A stretch of DNA of 61,531 bases, counting the filler, from Sluysia triapertura (taxonomy: Eukaryota): assembly GCA_046118255.1 (NCBI GenBank). It is 5 parts of 5 records of this genome, joined end to end, with 100 filler letters (N's around TTAATTAATTAA, not from the genome) between each part and the next. Parts side by side here need not be neighbours in the genome. Positions count along the whole stretch, not along the records: positions 25,012 to 36,206 come from JBJNIA010187589.1; positions 36,307 to 47,849 come from JBJNIA010183479.1; 3 more parts are not named here. One strand, written 5' to 3'. The notes under the pieces are model-generated. The model made no database searches, was not told the DNA's origin, and was given only the letters and a program-made list of their open reading frames with translations. Position 1 is the stretch's first letter. Each line of letters starts with the position of its first letter. Positions 26,215-40,701 of the stretch are shown one piece after another. The translations under genes were made by a program, and so were the position numbers.

Positions 26215-26640
26215 TTGATGAAATCAAAGACTCAAAGTGTTACAGATTGTGAAACATGCAGTAAATTCTTCAGAATATTCGAGTATATTGATTCTAAAGA
26301 TAGTGTCACCTTTGTTTTGCTGAAAATATCTATGGTTTGCCAGTCATATAGAGTTGAAACTCGTAATAGGTGTCTGAATCATATCAAAAACTTACACAAA
26401 ATTAATATGGTTTTCAATTCAGATAATATTATTATTATTGTCTTGCATCTTTCGTTTAAATAAAGTAAAGAATTAAATGATTATTAATCTAATCAAAAGT
26501 TCAATATGCGATAACGTATCCACAAATCTATAAGACATAGCACATATAAGCTCTTGGAAAATCAAACTAAAATTATTGTGTATAATATCGGGAAGTAATT
26601 ATGGCCATTATATAAATGTGATCATTAGTAAAAAACAATC
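26215..26640 (+). pseudogene. Possible ubiquitin-specific protease (peptidase C19) remnant
   Basis: Ordered motifs SVTDCETC, CQSY..IKNL, IIIIVLHLSF (cf. ILxxHLKRF), YKLL..IIVY, and after a frameshift SGSNYGHYINV (His box). Confidence 0.4.
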
Positions 26641-27024
26641 ACCAACTTTTAATTAATAAGTACATTTGTTAATTAAAATCGCATAATTTTACAACTTTTT
26701 ACATATGCATAAAATGTACAAAATTGATAGAAATTGTAAATACTATTTACATGACCATATTAAATGTTCTCTAAACTTCATGTTTATGTATTTTTATTCT
26801 TTTTCTGATGAAATATAGGTTCTCAGACGTGCGTATAATCATACTGCAGCAACGCACAAAGATCAAACTTGAATGATCGAGATTTAGTTTTATTTGATTT
26901 TTTCTTAGTTATTAAAGAGGGATAATAGTAAACAGATAAACACAACACGTTCATTATATAATTTGTTTCATATAATTTTGAATATTAATATACTTTAATG
27001 AATAGATAAATTCATTGTTTTCCT

Positions 27025-27326
27025 GCTAGACCATAAAAGGCTAGCTTAAATTCTGATTTTTCTCATTATATGTTAGACCTTAAAAAGGCTAACTTAAAAT
27101 ATCATTCTAAATTGACTATATTTCTTATAAAGATTACGTGACAGGTTTATTAAAAAGTTTCATAAATCGCTACTTGACTATTCTTAAGCATAAATTACTA
27201 CGTGACTAAATTTAAAATCCTAATAGACCACTTTCGTTCAGATTTAAGTCGCATCTATTAGGCGAGCTGACCTCTAGAATACTTTTTGCAAGCATAAGTT
27301 AAGCTTCCTTAGATAAAATTCTTGCA
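27025..27326 (+). repeat. Structured LTR-like end, copy 2
   Basis: Hairpins at 27025-27045 and 27072-27093. Stem CCTAATAGA/TCTATTAGG at 27219-27262. Ends CTTGCA, abutting a Tc1-like TIR. Confidence 0.7.
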
Positions 27327-27418
27327 CACTTTTGATTAATAGTCTCATAGTATCCTTGAAAAATGTTGAATTTTATCACAAAAATGGTCTTTAATCTATA
27401 AATTTGGCCACCACTGTA
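27327..27418 (-). mobile_element. Tc1/mariner-type terminal inverted repeat (second copy at 56203-56290, + strand)
   Basis: Minus strand TA-CAGTGGTGGCCAAATTTATAGATTAAAGACCATTTTTGTGATAAAATT..., near-identical to 56203 onward. TA target site and CAGTG terminus. Confidence 0.7.
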
Positions 27419-28452
27419 TATTATATTTTTACAATATTAAAAATTACAACATAATTCACTAAATCCACTTACTTTAACACGTTTAGAAACGATCAATTAA
27501 TTCCATTCCTACATCAGACATTCAAACAAATACCAAATAACGGATTTACCTATTCTACTCTATTACCATAAATTCCATGATCGTAAATTTAATTTTTCTA
27601 AGTTCCGATAGTTTCATTTAAGATGATTCGAATAATCTTCAACAATTACGGGAAAGTAAAATTTGTACGTGTTTAAATTTTTACAATTTAAAGCAAGAAA
27701 ATTACAAGAATTTTACGAAAAGTTAAAGAACGCAAAAAATCTGTACTTAGGTTGAAATAATTTTTTTATTAGTTTGAACTTCACTATTTAAACGAACAAA
27801 GAGCGATTATTGTTACGATTTTGATGATCGTAGTGAAAAATATATTACTGAGAATTATCGTTACGCCTTTAGTGATTTTAGTAAAGAAGACATTACTGCG
27901 ATTCTATTATTCGGAACTTGCTGATTATATTTTTTAATCTATAAACGTAAGTTTTTTCATTTTAAGTTACAAAATATACGCAGAATCTTTAAACTGTACG
28001 ATTGTTTTTCGACATTCGATATTAAAATGATACTCTCTAATATCTTAATATTTTTACGTTATATTATATTAATTACCAATGGTTAACAAATAATGTTTAT
28101 TCGACATAAATCACTAATAGAATTTAAACAAACCCTCAAATTCGATTTGTCGGAAATCGAATGTAAATCATAGATTGTAAACGAACTCATAAGGATCTAC
28201 ATTATTTTGCTTAGGTAGGAAATAAAAGAAAAAAACAGCATTAAAAAGAAAGAGCTCACTAAGTTTCCAATTCCAATTATAAATTTAATTACATTTTCGA
28301 GCTACATAATGCAGCTTTTCGTGGATTTAATCAAAGCCACTCGAGATAATAATTTTAACAATGGAATTTTTCGTTTTTTCTAGCATTATCACTTCAGAAT
28401 GCTAACAGAATTAGTTAAGTTTGCTCCGAGTCATCATTAATGTAATTAATCA

Positions 28453-28776
<324 letters not shown>

Positions 28777-29674
28777 TCAAACGAAACTCAATTATAAATA
28801 ACTAAAAACACAATTTTATCTAGAAATGTCTGTCCTAGTAACAATTTTTTGATATTTTAAAAATGATTTTATATCCAGCCTAAACCAGACGTAACTTATC
28901 TCTTAAAAGAAATAAAACCCTACCACAATTAACTTACAAATAATTATTGTTCTGGACACAAGAAAAATCGTATTGATATCTGATTGATTTTATAAAAATG
29001 ATTACACCAATAGAACAATGAGTTACAGTGGACACTCGAATACTCGAATACAATAATTAATTACCACAAAATTCGCAGTTTTAAATTGTAATTTAAGTAA
29101 AAAATTGTAGTCTATAACAGTTAAAATAATAATTACAAAAATAACAGTTAAAATAATAATAAGTTCTCTTTAAAATTTCGCTCTTTTTATAATTTTCAAA
29201 CAAATTCCCAGCTAGATTTTTAAACTTTTAAAAATAGCTAAGATAAATTAACTAGCAACTTGGTTTTTATATATGTACTTGTTCGTTATTTAATTCGATT
29301 GGTAATTTTCGATTAATTAATTATTAATTTTTTTAGCAAATTATAAAAATGAATTATTATTATCATAATTGGAAACAATGGCGATTTGTTATTTATTTTA
29401 ATAAAAAATTAATTATTATTGTTTTAGATAATAATATTATTAATTATTAATGTTAATATTATTAATTTTCTTTTAGGTATCTTTGATTCTACTCTGACAA
29501 ATACTTTCCTGTACCAGAAGATTTGTCCACAAATCGAAAAGAAAAAATTCGTGCAGTTTTTTTCAAATAAAACACACCAATTTCTTGTTTTAACTGATTT
29601 GAGTTATATTCATTCAGCTGAATTATCTATTTAAATCATTTTAGACTAACTTTCACTTTCATTACCCTCATTAA

Positions 29675-29870
29675 AACGGAGTGTCAGAGAGATAAAAATG
29701 AACATTTAAAACGCTGCATAAGCCACCAGAATTATTTGTTGCGTCTATGGAGAAAAAGCAGTCAGTGAACGAACAGCACAAAAGTGGTTTTCAAAATTTC
29801 GAAGTTCTTCCCCATCCCACGTATTCGTCTAACCTAACCCCAACAGATTTTCATCTTTTCCGCTCCATCG
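29675..29870 (+). mobile_element. Internally deleted mariner transposase
   Basis: ECQRDKNEH, ATRIICCVYGEKAVSERTAQKWFSKFR (HTH), then EVLPHPTYSSNLTPTDFHLFRS (YSPDLAPSDxHLF motif). Confidence 0.85.
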
Positions 29871-30800
29871 GTTTTGTGAGATTTTATATTAATTCTAGAG
29901 AACTTAATGAAATAACGAGAAAAGATGAATATCCTTTACCACATATAAACGACGTGTTAAATAAACTTGGAAATTCTAAATACTTTACAAAATAGGATTT
30001 ACAAAGTGGTTATAGCAAACTAACATCTGAAGAGGACTATTGAATGTGAAAAAATGCCTTTGGAGCACCAGCTCCATTTAAACGATGCATGAATTTCGTA
30101 CCAGAAGGGTGTCAACATACAATGGTACATATAGATGTTATTATTATGTATCCATTGGATTTTGAAAGGTATTTAAAGGATATCGAGGAAGTTTTCATTC
30201 GATCAAAAAATGCGAAAATAAAAATAAAACCAACAAAGTTTGAATGGACAAAAGAGAAGGTTGTATCTTTAGGACACATACAGTTACAACATGCATAAAA
30301 AAGATAGAAAAGGTTACTAACTTTACTAAGCAAGTAGAAGTATAAGCTTTACTTGGTTTAGCAAATTATTATAGAAAATTTGTAAAAAACATTTCAGCAA
30401 TAGCAAAGATGTTGCACTTATTCTTATAACAAGTGCAAGTGATTTTGCAACTGAAATGGTTTTAGCACAAAAAAATAGTGATTAAAAAGAATGCATAATC
30501 ACTTATCAAAGCTCTAGATTAAACACCTTGAAACAGTTCAGACAATATGTACTAGGTCACAAAAAATATATTTATAAATAGATCATAAAGACACTATTAG
30601 AAACGTGACTGGAGTTTAGCAAAATAGCAGAATATGATATTAGCATAACTGATAGAAAAGGAATGTATTGATTTTGTCAAAACTTGAAAAAGTAGAAATA
30701 CGAAACGAAAAAGGAGAAATATGAGCAATGGTAGTTAACATTAGGAAGAAAGACAAGAGCAAAGAGAAGATCCAGAATTAAAGCTCATAATCCATCTCAT
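29871..30800 (+). mobile_element. Decayed Ty3/gypsy RT-RNase H
   Basis: RELNEITRKDEYPLPHINDVLNKLGNSKYFTK*DLQSGY, MVHIDVIIM (YxDD box decayed), LLGLANYYRKFV, FRQYVLG. Resembles the RT of the 37-38 kb element. Confidence 0.85.
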
Positions 30801-32939
30801 TATAAAGAAATAACAGATTAATTAGCTATTAAATGGAAACTAGAGAATATTTAATTAAAATACGTAATAAAAGAAGAACTATGAACAGTAATACTTCTAA
30901 TTTGTCGTCTCTTTTAAATGCTTAAGTTAAAAAATTAATTTAAATTATTAAATTTAGTATTCCTCATATAATAAAAATGCTAAAAATTTACATATTGTAA
31001 CATAATATTTATTAAATTCTAAGGTAATGCGAATCCAAGTTAAAATAAAAAATCGTTTTAAAGTAAAATTAAAATTATTTTCATTCAGATTATAATGCTT
31101 TTCATCAATTTAAAATGAGATTTAATAGAGTTAATATAAATTCAAAATTTAACAGCAAAAAACACTTAATTTTAGATTAAAATAAAATAAATAATAATTT
31201 TAAAGCGAGATTTTATAATCAAAAATTAAATTAACCTTAAAATTGAAATTTAATATAAATAGTATTCAATAGAACATAGAAGGCAATGAATATCATTTAT
31301 TAGTATTATTATTATTGTATTATTATTATACTGTACTATTATTTATTAAGAACACAAAAATATAAAAGACAATGAATTATGTTTACTCACTATGACTACT
31401 ATTATATGCACATTATTGAATATTTACTACTATATTATCAAAGAATTATTCATTTAAATAATATTTATTGTATTGAAAATAATTATTATTGAAAATAATT
31501 ATTATTGAAAATAATTATCGTTTTTATTATTGGAAATAATTCAGATAATATTGAAAATAATTTGAATATTAAAAATTCATCGTACAAAATAGTATAAAAA
31601 GGAAATAATAATTAAAAAAACACACAACAGCAACAACACTCAGCACAACATACGCGAGAGTCGCATGAGTTAAAAGTTTATTTTGAGAACTACTTAACCA
31701 ATATTCCGAAATTTTTGATTTACCAAACTTACAAAGCGATTCAAATTACTGATCCAGCTAGGCGATTCAATCTGACAATTCAGCAAACAAATACACCGAG
31801 ACTTCAGATTATTCATCGTGAGTAAGTGATTTTTATTGCCTTTCTTTGTTTATAAACATTGATATTAAAGTTACAATTGTACATTTTATAAAATTTTGTA
31901 CCTATGTGTTTATTTTTTGTTGATTTATAAATAAACTATTCGATTCGATTTTGTTGTAGTGCCCTAAAAGAAGATAAAAGAGAAACATATACAAGATAAA
32001 ATATGCACGCTTCGAATTGAAGATAAAAAATTAATTGAGGAAAAATATTTTGAGTAAATTTCAATATTTAATTGCGTTTCCATTCCCTGTCATCGGAACG
32101 AGTATTCGAACTCAGATCTCTAAATAGGTTAAGTAAATATTAGTTTTGCGACACAGCGACATAGAAAACTATTAGCGAATACGATTACTTAAGAACTTTG
32201 TTAAGTTTCAATTAATAAATTATAAGTTTATCAATTTTCAAAAAACATAAATCTAACAATATTATAAAATTAATAGGTTATCTCTATTTTTACAAATACA
32301 TAATGTTATCAATTCACAAATATATAATGTTATCATCAAAGATTATCTTTTACATATTAAACTAAGCAAATAAGGTGGTGAAAAATAAATAAGCATTATT
32401 TATCGGTTTTAAGTTAAGAACTATTAAACAATAAAAGATTCATTTTCGAAATCAAATACTAGAAAAGAAATTGCTTACAAATTTAAATGGCACAACAAGC
32501 GATAAATATTACTAAGATGTGTTTACTGCCAAATTATGCCAAATTTCTCGAAATCTAACAAAAACAGCAAGTAAATTAATAACTACTTATAGAATTGTAT
32601 TGAAAAAGTATGATATTTATGCAATTATAAAAGATACTGTAACTAAACTAATGTGATGTTACAATTATTGAAACGAATTTCATGATTTTGTCATTAAAAC
32701 ATTTAAATATTCGTTGAAAGATTGGATTGATGCATCGAAAATCGTTCTTTAGTGATCAATTCATTCTCTCTAGACTACGAGATATTAAACGTAATAAAAA
32801 GTAATAATCACTTTTTGAATGAACACTTAAAATATGTTGATGTTTTACGTATTTTGATTAAAATGAGTTAATTTAAAATGTTTCCGGTGTTATTATCAAT
32901 CAAATATTACAGATTTCAAAACCTCTTTCAATTATATTT

Positions 32940-33200
32940 CAGAGTCGTGTCTTATGAAGTAATTAATATAAAATTTATGAATAATTGTAAAGGCATTTCC
33001 AGTAATCATGTAACATCCTCAAAGAGTCTTTCTATTATCAACATCTAAACGGTAATCACTAAAATAAGCTAATTAAGCATTGTGATGTTCTTTATGTTAT
33101 ATTTTGGCACTAGAAACTCTGTGAAACATTCATCAATTTTAACATTACCAACAATATTGTGACAGTTTGTGAAACCTCTTCTAAATGTCTTCTCAACTGA
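32940..33200 (-). pseudogene. Possible insulin/EGF-receptor L-domain remnant
   Basis: FTNCHNIVGNVKI (L-domain start pattern) followed closely by DVDNRKTL*GCYMITGN (cf. InsR L2 ELRGCTVINGS). Contains stops. Confidence 0.35.
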
Positions 33201-35333
33201 CTGTAATAAATATCGTAACGTATTACTTTATTAAATTATGATAATGCAACGTTGACATTGACTTCTCTATTCACCTTACGAATGTTAAACTTGCCCACCT
33301 TTTACAAAAACATGAATAACTTTTAATTAGACTTACCTATGACTTTTGAGGTATTTTTTCAAGAATATTTTATTTTATAACTATTTTTTAATATTTAATA
33401 AATATATTAGAGTATATAGCCGAACTCTAACTATACTTATCGAATTCCTGCTTGCTATTCCATGAAAATATTTCATTATTTCACATTAATTTTTTATTGT
33501 TGCAGACTTCCTTTGTATTAACGTAGAAAACAATACAGATAAAATAAATCTTGAATAATTAATAATTAAAACATTTACAAATACACAAACGCGATAAAAC
33601 GAATTAAAATAAATCGCCATATATTCCGAGGTAATTAAGCTACAATCATAAAAATCAGATTAGTGAGTTCTCATGTGATCCCAGACTTACAAACTTAATG
33701 ACATTGGTTAAATAATTTTGTTATAGAAATATTACGCAGGTCAACTTATATCTACACAAAATTCAAGAAAGTTTCTGAATATTAACTTATAATTGAATTA
33801 ATTGGCTTGAGTCAAAGCAAGACTGAAAAATCTAAGTTTATGAACCTTTTTAAACTGATTCTGCGAAATAAATATCAGCGGATTTTGTGGAATTATATCT
33901 GTATAATTTATCAAGCATCCTGAATTTTTCTCTTTTTTGAAACAGGAAGGATGCTGTTATAATAAAATTTTGGGTGGATATCACAACTTAGTTAAAACAA
34001 ATTCAATAAGAATTTTATTCGAAATAAGAGAAGGTACATAATTTCAATTATGATACATTTTATGAATGATTTTATATTACAAAGAAATATTACAAAATAT
34101 TCTGCATTTTGTGAATGTTTCAAACTCTGGTAAACCTATGTAGTTAAAAACTTACGTGAAATTAATTTTTACATAAATGAATCCGCGCGAACTTAGAATT
34201 TATCACAGCAGAAATTGAACTTATTTTAATTTAATAACATGAATACATCTTTTGTTGTTACATTAGTTGTTCACTGGCTGTATAAAAATGCTTGTTCTGA
34301 GACATTTTCAATTTTACTTTCCACATTAAAACTACACAAACTTGAATTAAGTTTTTTAAATAATAAATATATAATTGTAATTATTTTTAAAACTGATATA
34401 TTTGAAACATACGTTGTATAGATTTTTGTAAAAGCAATCTAATTAAAAATTGAATTGTGCTTTTTAAATTTACAAAGAATTTACTTATACATAAACTTAA
34501 AATCAAAAGGTATTATTACTCTTTTTCTCAATATTATTCTTTAAAGGCTTCTAGACTTCTACACTTATCTGTATATTATTATTATAATTTCCATCTTTCA
34601 CATCTTGACATAATTTTGTGGACACTACTCGTCATATATTAGGAGAAAATATCGACCGACAAGTTTATGGAAAAGAGTAAACTAACTTAATGGAAGACTC
34701 TTTCAGGTGTCAAATTCATCCGGACCAGCAATTACAGACTTTTGTATTAATATTAATTAATAAGTTACTAAATTCATAAGTTTTCTACTTGTTTAAACAA
34801 GTAATCAATTTATAATCTTTTTTTTTGAAAATATAGATTTTATATAATCATATATCAAAATTTGAACGTCAATAAATACTCAATATATATTAGAAAATTA
34901 ATTTTATTATAATTTCTATCGATTTAATTTTTAATTAATTTAAAATATTAATTAAGTCTGAGTTTTAATTATTTTCACTATTCATTGATAGTCACAAGGC
35001 AGCACAATCATAGAAAACATACAGAAAGCCACATATAGAAACAAATAGTATTACTCCGAAATAAAATAAGTGACTCTCGAACTAAAGATCTTTTTTACAG
35101 AACAATATAAATCTAACAGAAGAGTCGACTAGAAGTTATAAGACTCTAACTTCTCTTTTGCGACTTTTTGATTTGATATTAAATTTTGAATGATTAATCT
35201 AATTTTAGATGAAATTAAACTTATTGAAAATTCTATTATTGTTAGATGCTAACATTTAAAATTTTATACAATTTACAATCTTACACTAAATGCCAATATT
35301 GCGGACATTACTGGGAAGCTAAGTTTAAGTTAC

Positions 35334-36132
35334 CGAATGTACCAAAGATAATGATAAGACTTCATTTTGAACTTGCACAAAGTATTAATGCTTATACTTC
35401 CGATTAATAAATCCATACTTAACCTGTGAGGGTTGATTGCCGTTTCAGTTTGTTGTTGGATATGTTTTTCTGGAAAATTATTATTCGACGTTAAAGAAAC
35501 ATTTCCCGGAACGTCTTTCTTTACGAGTAATTGAATAAATTCTTCGATTTGTCGCATTTCTTCCATATCGGTTTCGTCCATGACATGGCCTTTGTTGACA
35601 TTGTGCAAATAAGACAATGTTCTGTCTAATTTTTGCCTGAAATATGAATTATTGAAATCGTTGATTCTATAATCTGATTCAGAATCTTCTGTCATATGGT
35701 TTTTGAAGTGATTCTGAAATTAGAAAATAACTAATAATTTCATTTTTAATAAGCTAATTATTGTGTGTATTACAGTATTAGTCCTTTCAATGTTAAAATA
35801 TGGTAAAGTGTAGTGCGTATTTTAAAACTCTTTATAATTTTTACGTTTTTTTTAATATTATATTTTTTTTCTTTTAAAATTTTAAAAACAATTAAACGAA
35901 AATAACTATTCGGTTTAACTTTTAACAAAAAGGGCTTAAGGCCCGAATTAACTAATAATAAAAACTTTAAAAACGAATTATGAATAACACGATATATTAA
36001 TTTATAATATAGTAAAGAATACAGTATTAACACAAAATAAATAAATAAATAGTAATGTACCTTGTTAGGTAAAATTAGATTCGTTTGTTGAACAGCAAGG
36101 AAAACATTCCGAATATCACATGAGTTATTAAA
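35334..36132 (-). CDS. Exons of an unidentified spliced gene (36132-36061 and 35713-35334)
   Basis: Open frames bounded by AG/GT with matching phase 0 (…ILPNK|NHFKNHMTEDSESDY…YLWYIR). Higher GC than the flanks. No recognisable domain. Confidence 0.55.
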
Positions 36133-36306
36133 CTTATAATAAGGATGTTTGAATTGATATAATTTCACCACGAAACTCACCAAGAGTAAAAGACACAAAC
36201 TAGCAANNNNNNNNNNNNNNNNNNNNNNNNNNNNNNNNNNNNNNNNNNNNTTAATTAATTAANNNNNNNNNNNNNNNNNNNNNNNNNNNNNNNNNNNNNN
36301 NNNNNN

Positions 36307-36809
36307 CAATTAATTGATTTGAGAAATAACAAATATTATCAATCAATATTCAATCATATGAACTTAGATGAGTTTTGGCTCAATGTGAAAAAATCTTTTC
36401 CATTAATTAGCCTGAAAGCAATCAAAATTTTATTACCATTTTCGTCTTCATGGTTTTATGAAATTGGCTTTTCAGCATTAACTGAAATCAAATCTAAAAA
36501 GCGAGAAAGACTTCTTAAAATTGATGATGAAATGCGAGTTTGTTTGTCGTCCTTGGACCTTCGATGGAGTCTAATTAGTTCTCAGAAGCAAGCTCATTTG
36601 TCGCACTAAATAAAATTTTATGATTGTTTTTGCTTGTTGCCCCAGTTTCTGGTTGTTGCTTTAATCTTAAAGTTTAATGGAATACAACAATTATGTTAAT
36701 TATATGATTTTATTTAATAGTCTTTTTAAAATATTTGCTTGGTGGTGTGTCGCAGAATTTTTCTAAAATAAAAAGTGTGCCGCGGCTTAAAAAAGTTTGG
36801 GAACCACTG
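36307..36809 (+). mobile_element. hAT (Buster/ZBED8-like) transposon 3' end: dimerisation domain and TIR
   Basis: FWLNVKKSFPLISLKAIKILLPFSSSWFYEIGFSAL..KSKKRERL..MRVCLS...KQAHLSH. Terminal GGGAACCACTG followed by ctctag. Confidence 0.9.
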
Positions 36810-39800
36810 CTCTAGGTATTTACATATTTCTATATATCTAAATATTTACACAAGAATTTTGTATTTTATTTTAATGTACGTATTACGCACAACTGTAAAT
36901 ATGTATTTTATTTTATTGATTTTACATCACTATGGCACTGGTGTTGCGAAATTGTATGCATTACAGCTATTATCCTTACAATTTCACTAATATGTCTTTT
37001 GTGTGGTGTATCTATGTTGTGTGATGTAGAATAAGAATTAATGTTATTGTTAGAAGAAGAGTTAAAACAAGGTTAATTAAAGTTGTCAGAATGTGATGTC
37101 TCTGGGACAAATCGAGATGGAAACATCGACAGTTACTAGTTGTTGTACAAGTTGTAGCCACTAAAATTGTAAATTGAATTATAACAATTTTGATTCGCTT
37201 AAACTTAATTAAAAAATTCACAATTTTAAGTTATAATAAAAGTGTTAAAAAGTACCACAATATTAATAAGTGAAAAAAAATTAATTTTTCGTTATTAATC
37301 AAAAGATCCGTATAGTATACAATGACAGAAATTTTACCATATCTCCTGACATCGTCCCTATGATTATATAGATATGTTAGCGGTTTGTGATCAGTGTATA
37401 AATAAACTTTCTGTCCTAATAAGTAATGTCTGAATAGTTTACATTCGTGTAAAATAGCCAGACATTCTCTTTCAATTGTAGAATAGTTCATCTCGGCCTA
37501 ATTTAGTCGTCGACTAGCGTATGCAATTACTGCTTCCGAATTATTTTTGTCTTTCTATCCGATGATTGCACCAATAGCTTAATTACTGACATCAGTAGTT
37601 AGTATAAATGGTTTATTAATATCCGGTTTTTTAATTAGTCGTTCTTTTAATTCCTTAAATTCCTTAGTCTGTTCGTCTGTCCACTTAAATTCGACATTTT
37701 TCCTTGTTAACTTTCTGAGTGGTTGTGCTATATTAGCAAAATTCTTAACAAATCTTATAATAATTAGCTTCATAGGAAACTTTGAATCTCTTTTTCATTG
37801 TCAGGTTGTGGAAATTTTACCAATTTTCTATATTTCTCGGATTGGGCTTTATTCCATCTTTTGACACTGTGTCCTAAAAACTTTTTCCTCGGCCCAAACG
37901 CATTTGGTTTGTTTAATTTTCAATCTATCTATTTTTAGTCTATTTAAAATATTGTCAATATCTTTTATATGTTTGTCGAAATCTTTAGAAAATATTATTA
38001 TGTCATCATAACATTTTTGCATCCTGATAGTACAAAATTCATGCACCTCTGGAACGTTGTAGGTGCACCAGTTAATCCGAATAGCATCTTTTCACATTCA
38101 TATAGTTCGTCGCCACGAGTAAATGCTTATGTTTTTCGTTTTCAGCGATATCGATTTGCCAATAACCGCTCTGTAAATCAAGAGTTGTAAAGTATGTGGC
38201 ATTTTCTAATTTATCCTGCATTTCATCTATCCGCGGTAAAGGGAAAACGTCTTTCCTTGTTATCATATTTAGTTCCCTAAAATCTCATCGTACCATCTTT
38301 TTTCTTGACTAATAAAACTGGAGATGAGAAAGGTGAGAAAATTGCCTTTTTCTTGATATCTATTTGTTCTTGCATAACCTTTTTGATTATTTATCGGTAT
38401 TCTGTATGGATTTTATCGGATTACTTTATCTATTATTAATGGTTTCTCCAATTTCTTGCAATTTCTCTTGGGTAACGATAAATAACACTGAACTATTGAT
38501 CTATTTGTTTCTTAGTCAAATTTTTATTAGTAATTTCTATTTCGCTATAATCTTCGTCTTGTATTTCATGTTGTAACTTTATATTACTTTTTACCTTACT
38601 TTCATTTTTATTTTCCGAAATTATGTTAATGTGTTCTGTATAGAGCCATTTATGTAATTTATTGCATACTGCATAGCTATTCCTATGTTTAACTTTTCTT
38701 GATTAACCTCTTATGCGATAAATATGATATTTCCGGTTAACAAACTGTTTGTCTTGACTGGCATTATATATTCATTTCTTTTTACTAACCACATTAGTTC
38801 GTAAACATATACATCGTCATCATCAGTGGCTCTATTTGATGGACTATATATATATATTGGTTAAAATCTAATGTTATTCCTTTAAATTGAAATAATATCT
38901 CCATTCCCATTATCATTTCTTACGGACTTTTTTTCATAACTCTTAATTTAATTTCTAACTTATTTTGTCCTAATTCCCGTATAGCTTTCATTACTCCGGT
39001 TATGTTAATTGCATTGCATGTGACTTCTGATAGATGAGAGGTATGATTAACTAAATTTTTTAATTCATCTTTATTTAAGAAACTTTCATTGATTAAGGAG
39101 GCTACTGATCTTGTATCACTTAGTGCTATTACTACTCTACCGTTTATCCTAGCATTTACTATGATTTACTATGAATCATTATAATTGTTGTTAGCGCATA
39201 TCATATATACCACACGCGGTGGTGGCGTTGAAGTAATAGGATAGTCCTTTTTTCTGATTTTCTTTAGTTGTTTCTATAGCTTTCTAAATTTCAATGTATT
39301 TTTGATTTTTTTATTATTTCTTCATTTTAACTGTTTTGTAACGTCTGTAATTGTTGTATTTATTCCGTGTATTGCCTTTCTTTTCTTAATGCATTTGCAT
39401 GGTGGTGCAAGAGGTATTTGCCAAAAACTAGAAACATCCAATTATTAATTTCCACGTAAACTCTGAGATTTTATAAATTCCGACTACTGAAAATGCTTCT
39501 GAAATTATTAACGCTATTACTTTAATTATCATATATATTAATTATCATATATATATCATAATTATTCCTATTAGTCCAGAAAACGCTTGCCCTAATATTA
39601 AAAATTTTTTCCATATTTGTTTTAATGTATCTTGTGCAGCTCTTTTAAAATGATTGCGCCCTCCATAGTAATTCGAAATTTACCTGTCCATTCTTTTCTA
39701 CTGTTGCTTTATTTACGATTTCAGTTAATATATTTCCCGCCAAGCTGCGTGAATATCATCATTCGTATAAATGCCAGAATTTTGTATATTTTTGTAGCTA

Positions 39801-40701
39801 AAATTTTTAGTTTTCCCTTTAACTCGGTTAGTCCTATTATTTCTGGAGTTTTCACCTGGCTCCTATGCGGTAATAATATCCATAAATTATCATCAATTCT
39901 ATATTCCGGCGCCATGACATTAGATCAGTGCATTAATTTTGGTTTGACTTTGTTATTTGGAAAGATTACTCTGGTTACTGGTTCGAGGTATGTTTCTGTT
40001 TTACCGTATAATATAAGTAATTCATTCGGTGGTTGACCTTAATTGCACTTCTACCTTTATACATTTGTACGTTTATAATACCTCTCTCATTACCAGACCA
40101 AAAACTCCTTATTCTAGTATTAGTAATGGGGCGACTAAGTCCGGGTTTTTAATAGCTATTGCCAATTTTGTGCGTAGAATTTCTTTTTTCATTTGACATT
40201 ACCGAGTAACCATAATTTGATAAATTTTTTCTAGAGACATCAGACCTAAATGATAGTAGAAATCGATTTTATTGTTAAAATAGGTATTCAATTTTATATT
40301 TTTCGTGTCGATGCCTTAGCTTGTTTGATTATTTTTTCTGAAAGATAAATTCCTTGATAGTTAGTTTCCGTTATTTTCTTTCCACAACGAATTACTGTTC
40401 ATTGTACCTTTTTCCATATCAAAACTCTCATTAAATGATTGTAAACTTATTCGTATGTCTTATGTGCGACAACATTATGATAGATTTTTCCTTCATATTC
40501 TATCGTTCCTTGTTCGCACGTCCCATCTATTAATACATTTCCGGCGGTTCTTGTATTATAAATTATCTTTTCATTGTTTCCCATTTTTAATTTATCTCCT
40601 TTTATTAAACTTATATAACCGGTTTAAAATGCATCTCTGCATTGCTTAGGTAATATCTTAAATGGTTTGAGTACATTTGATAATTATATTATTGATGAAT
40701 G

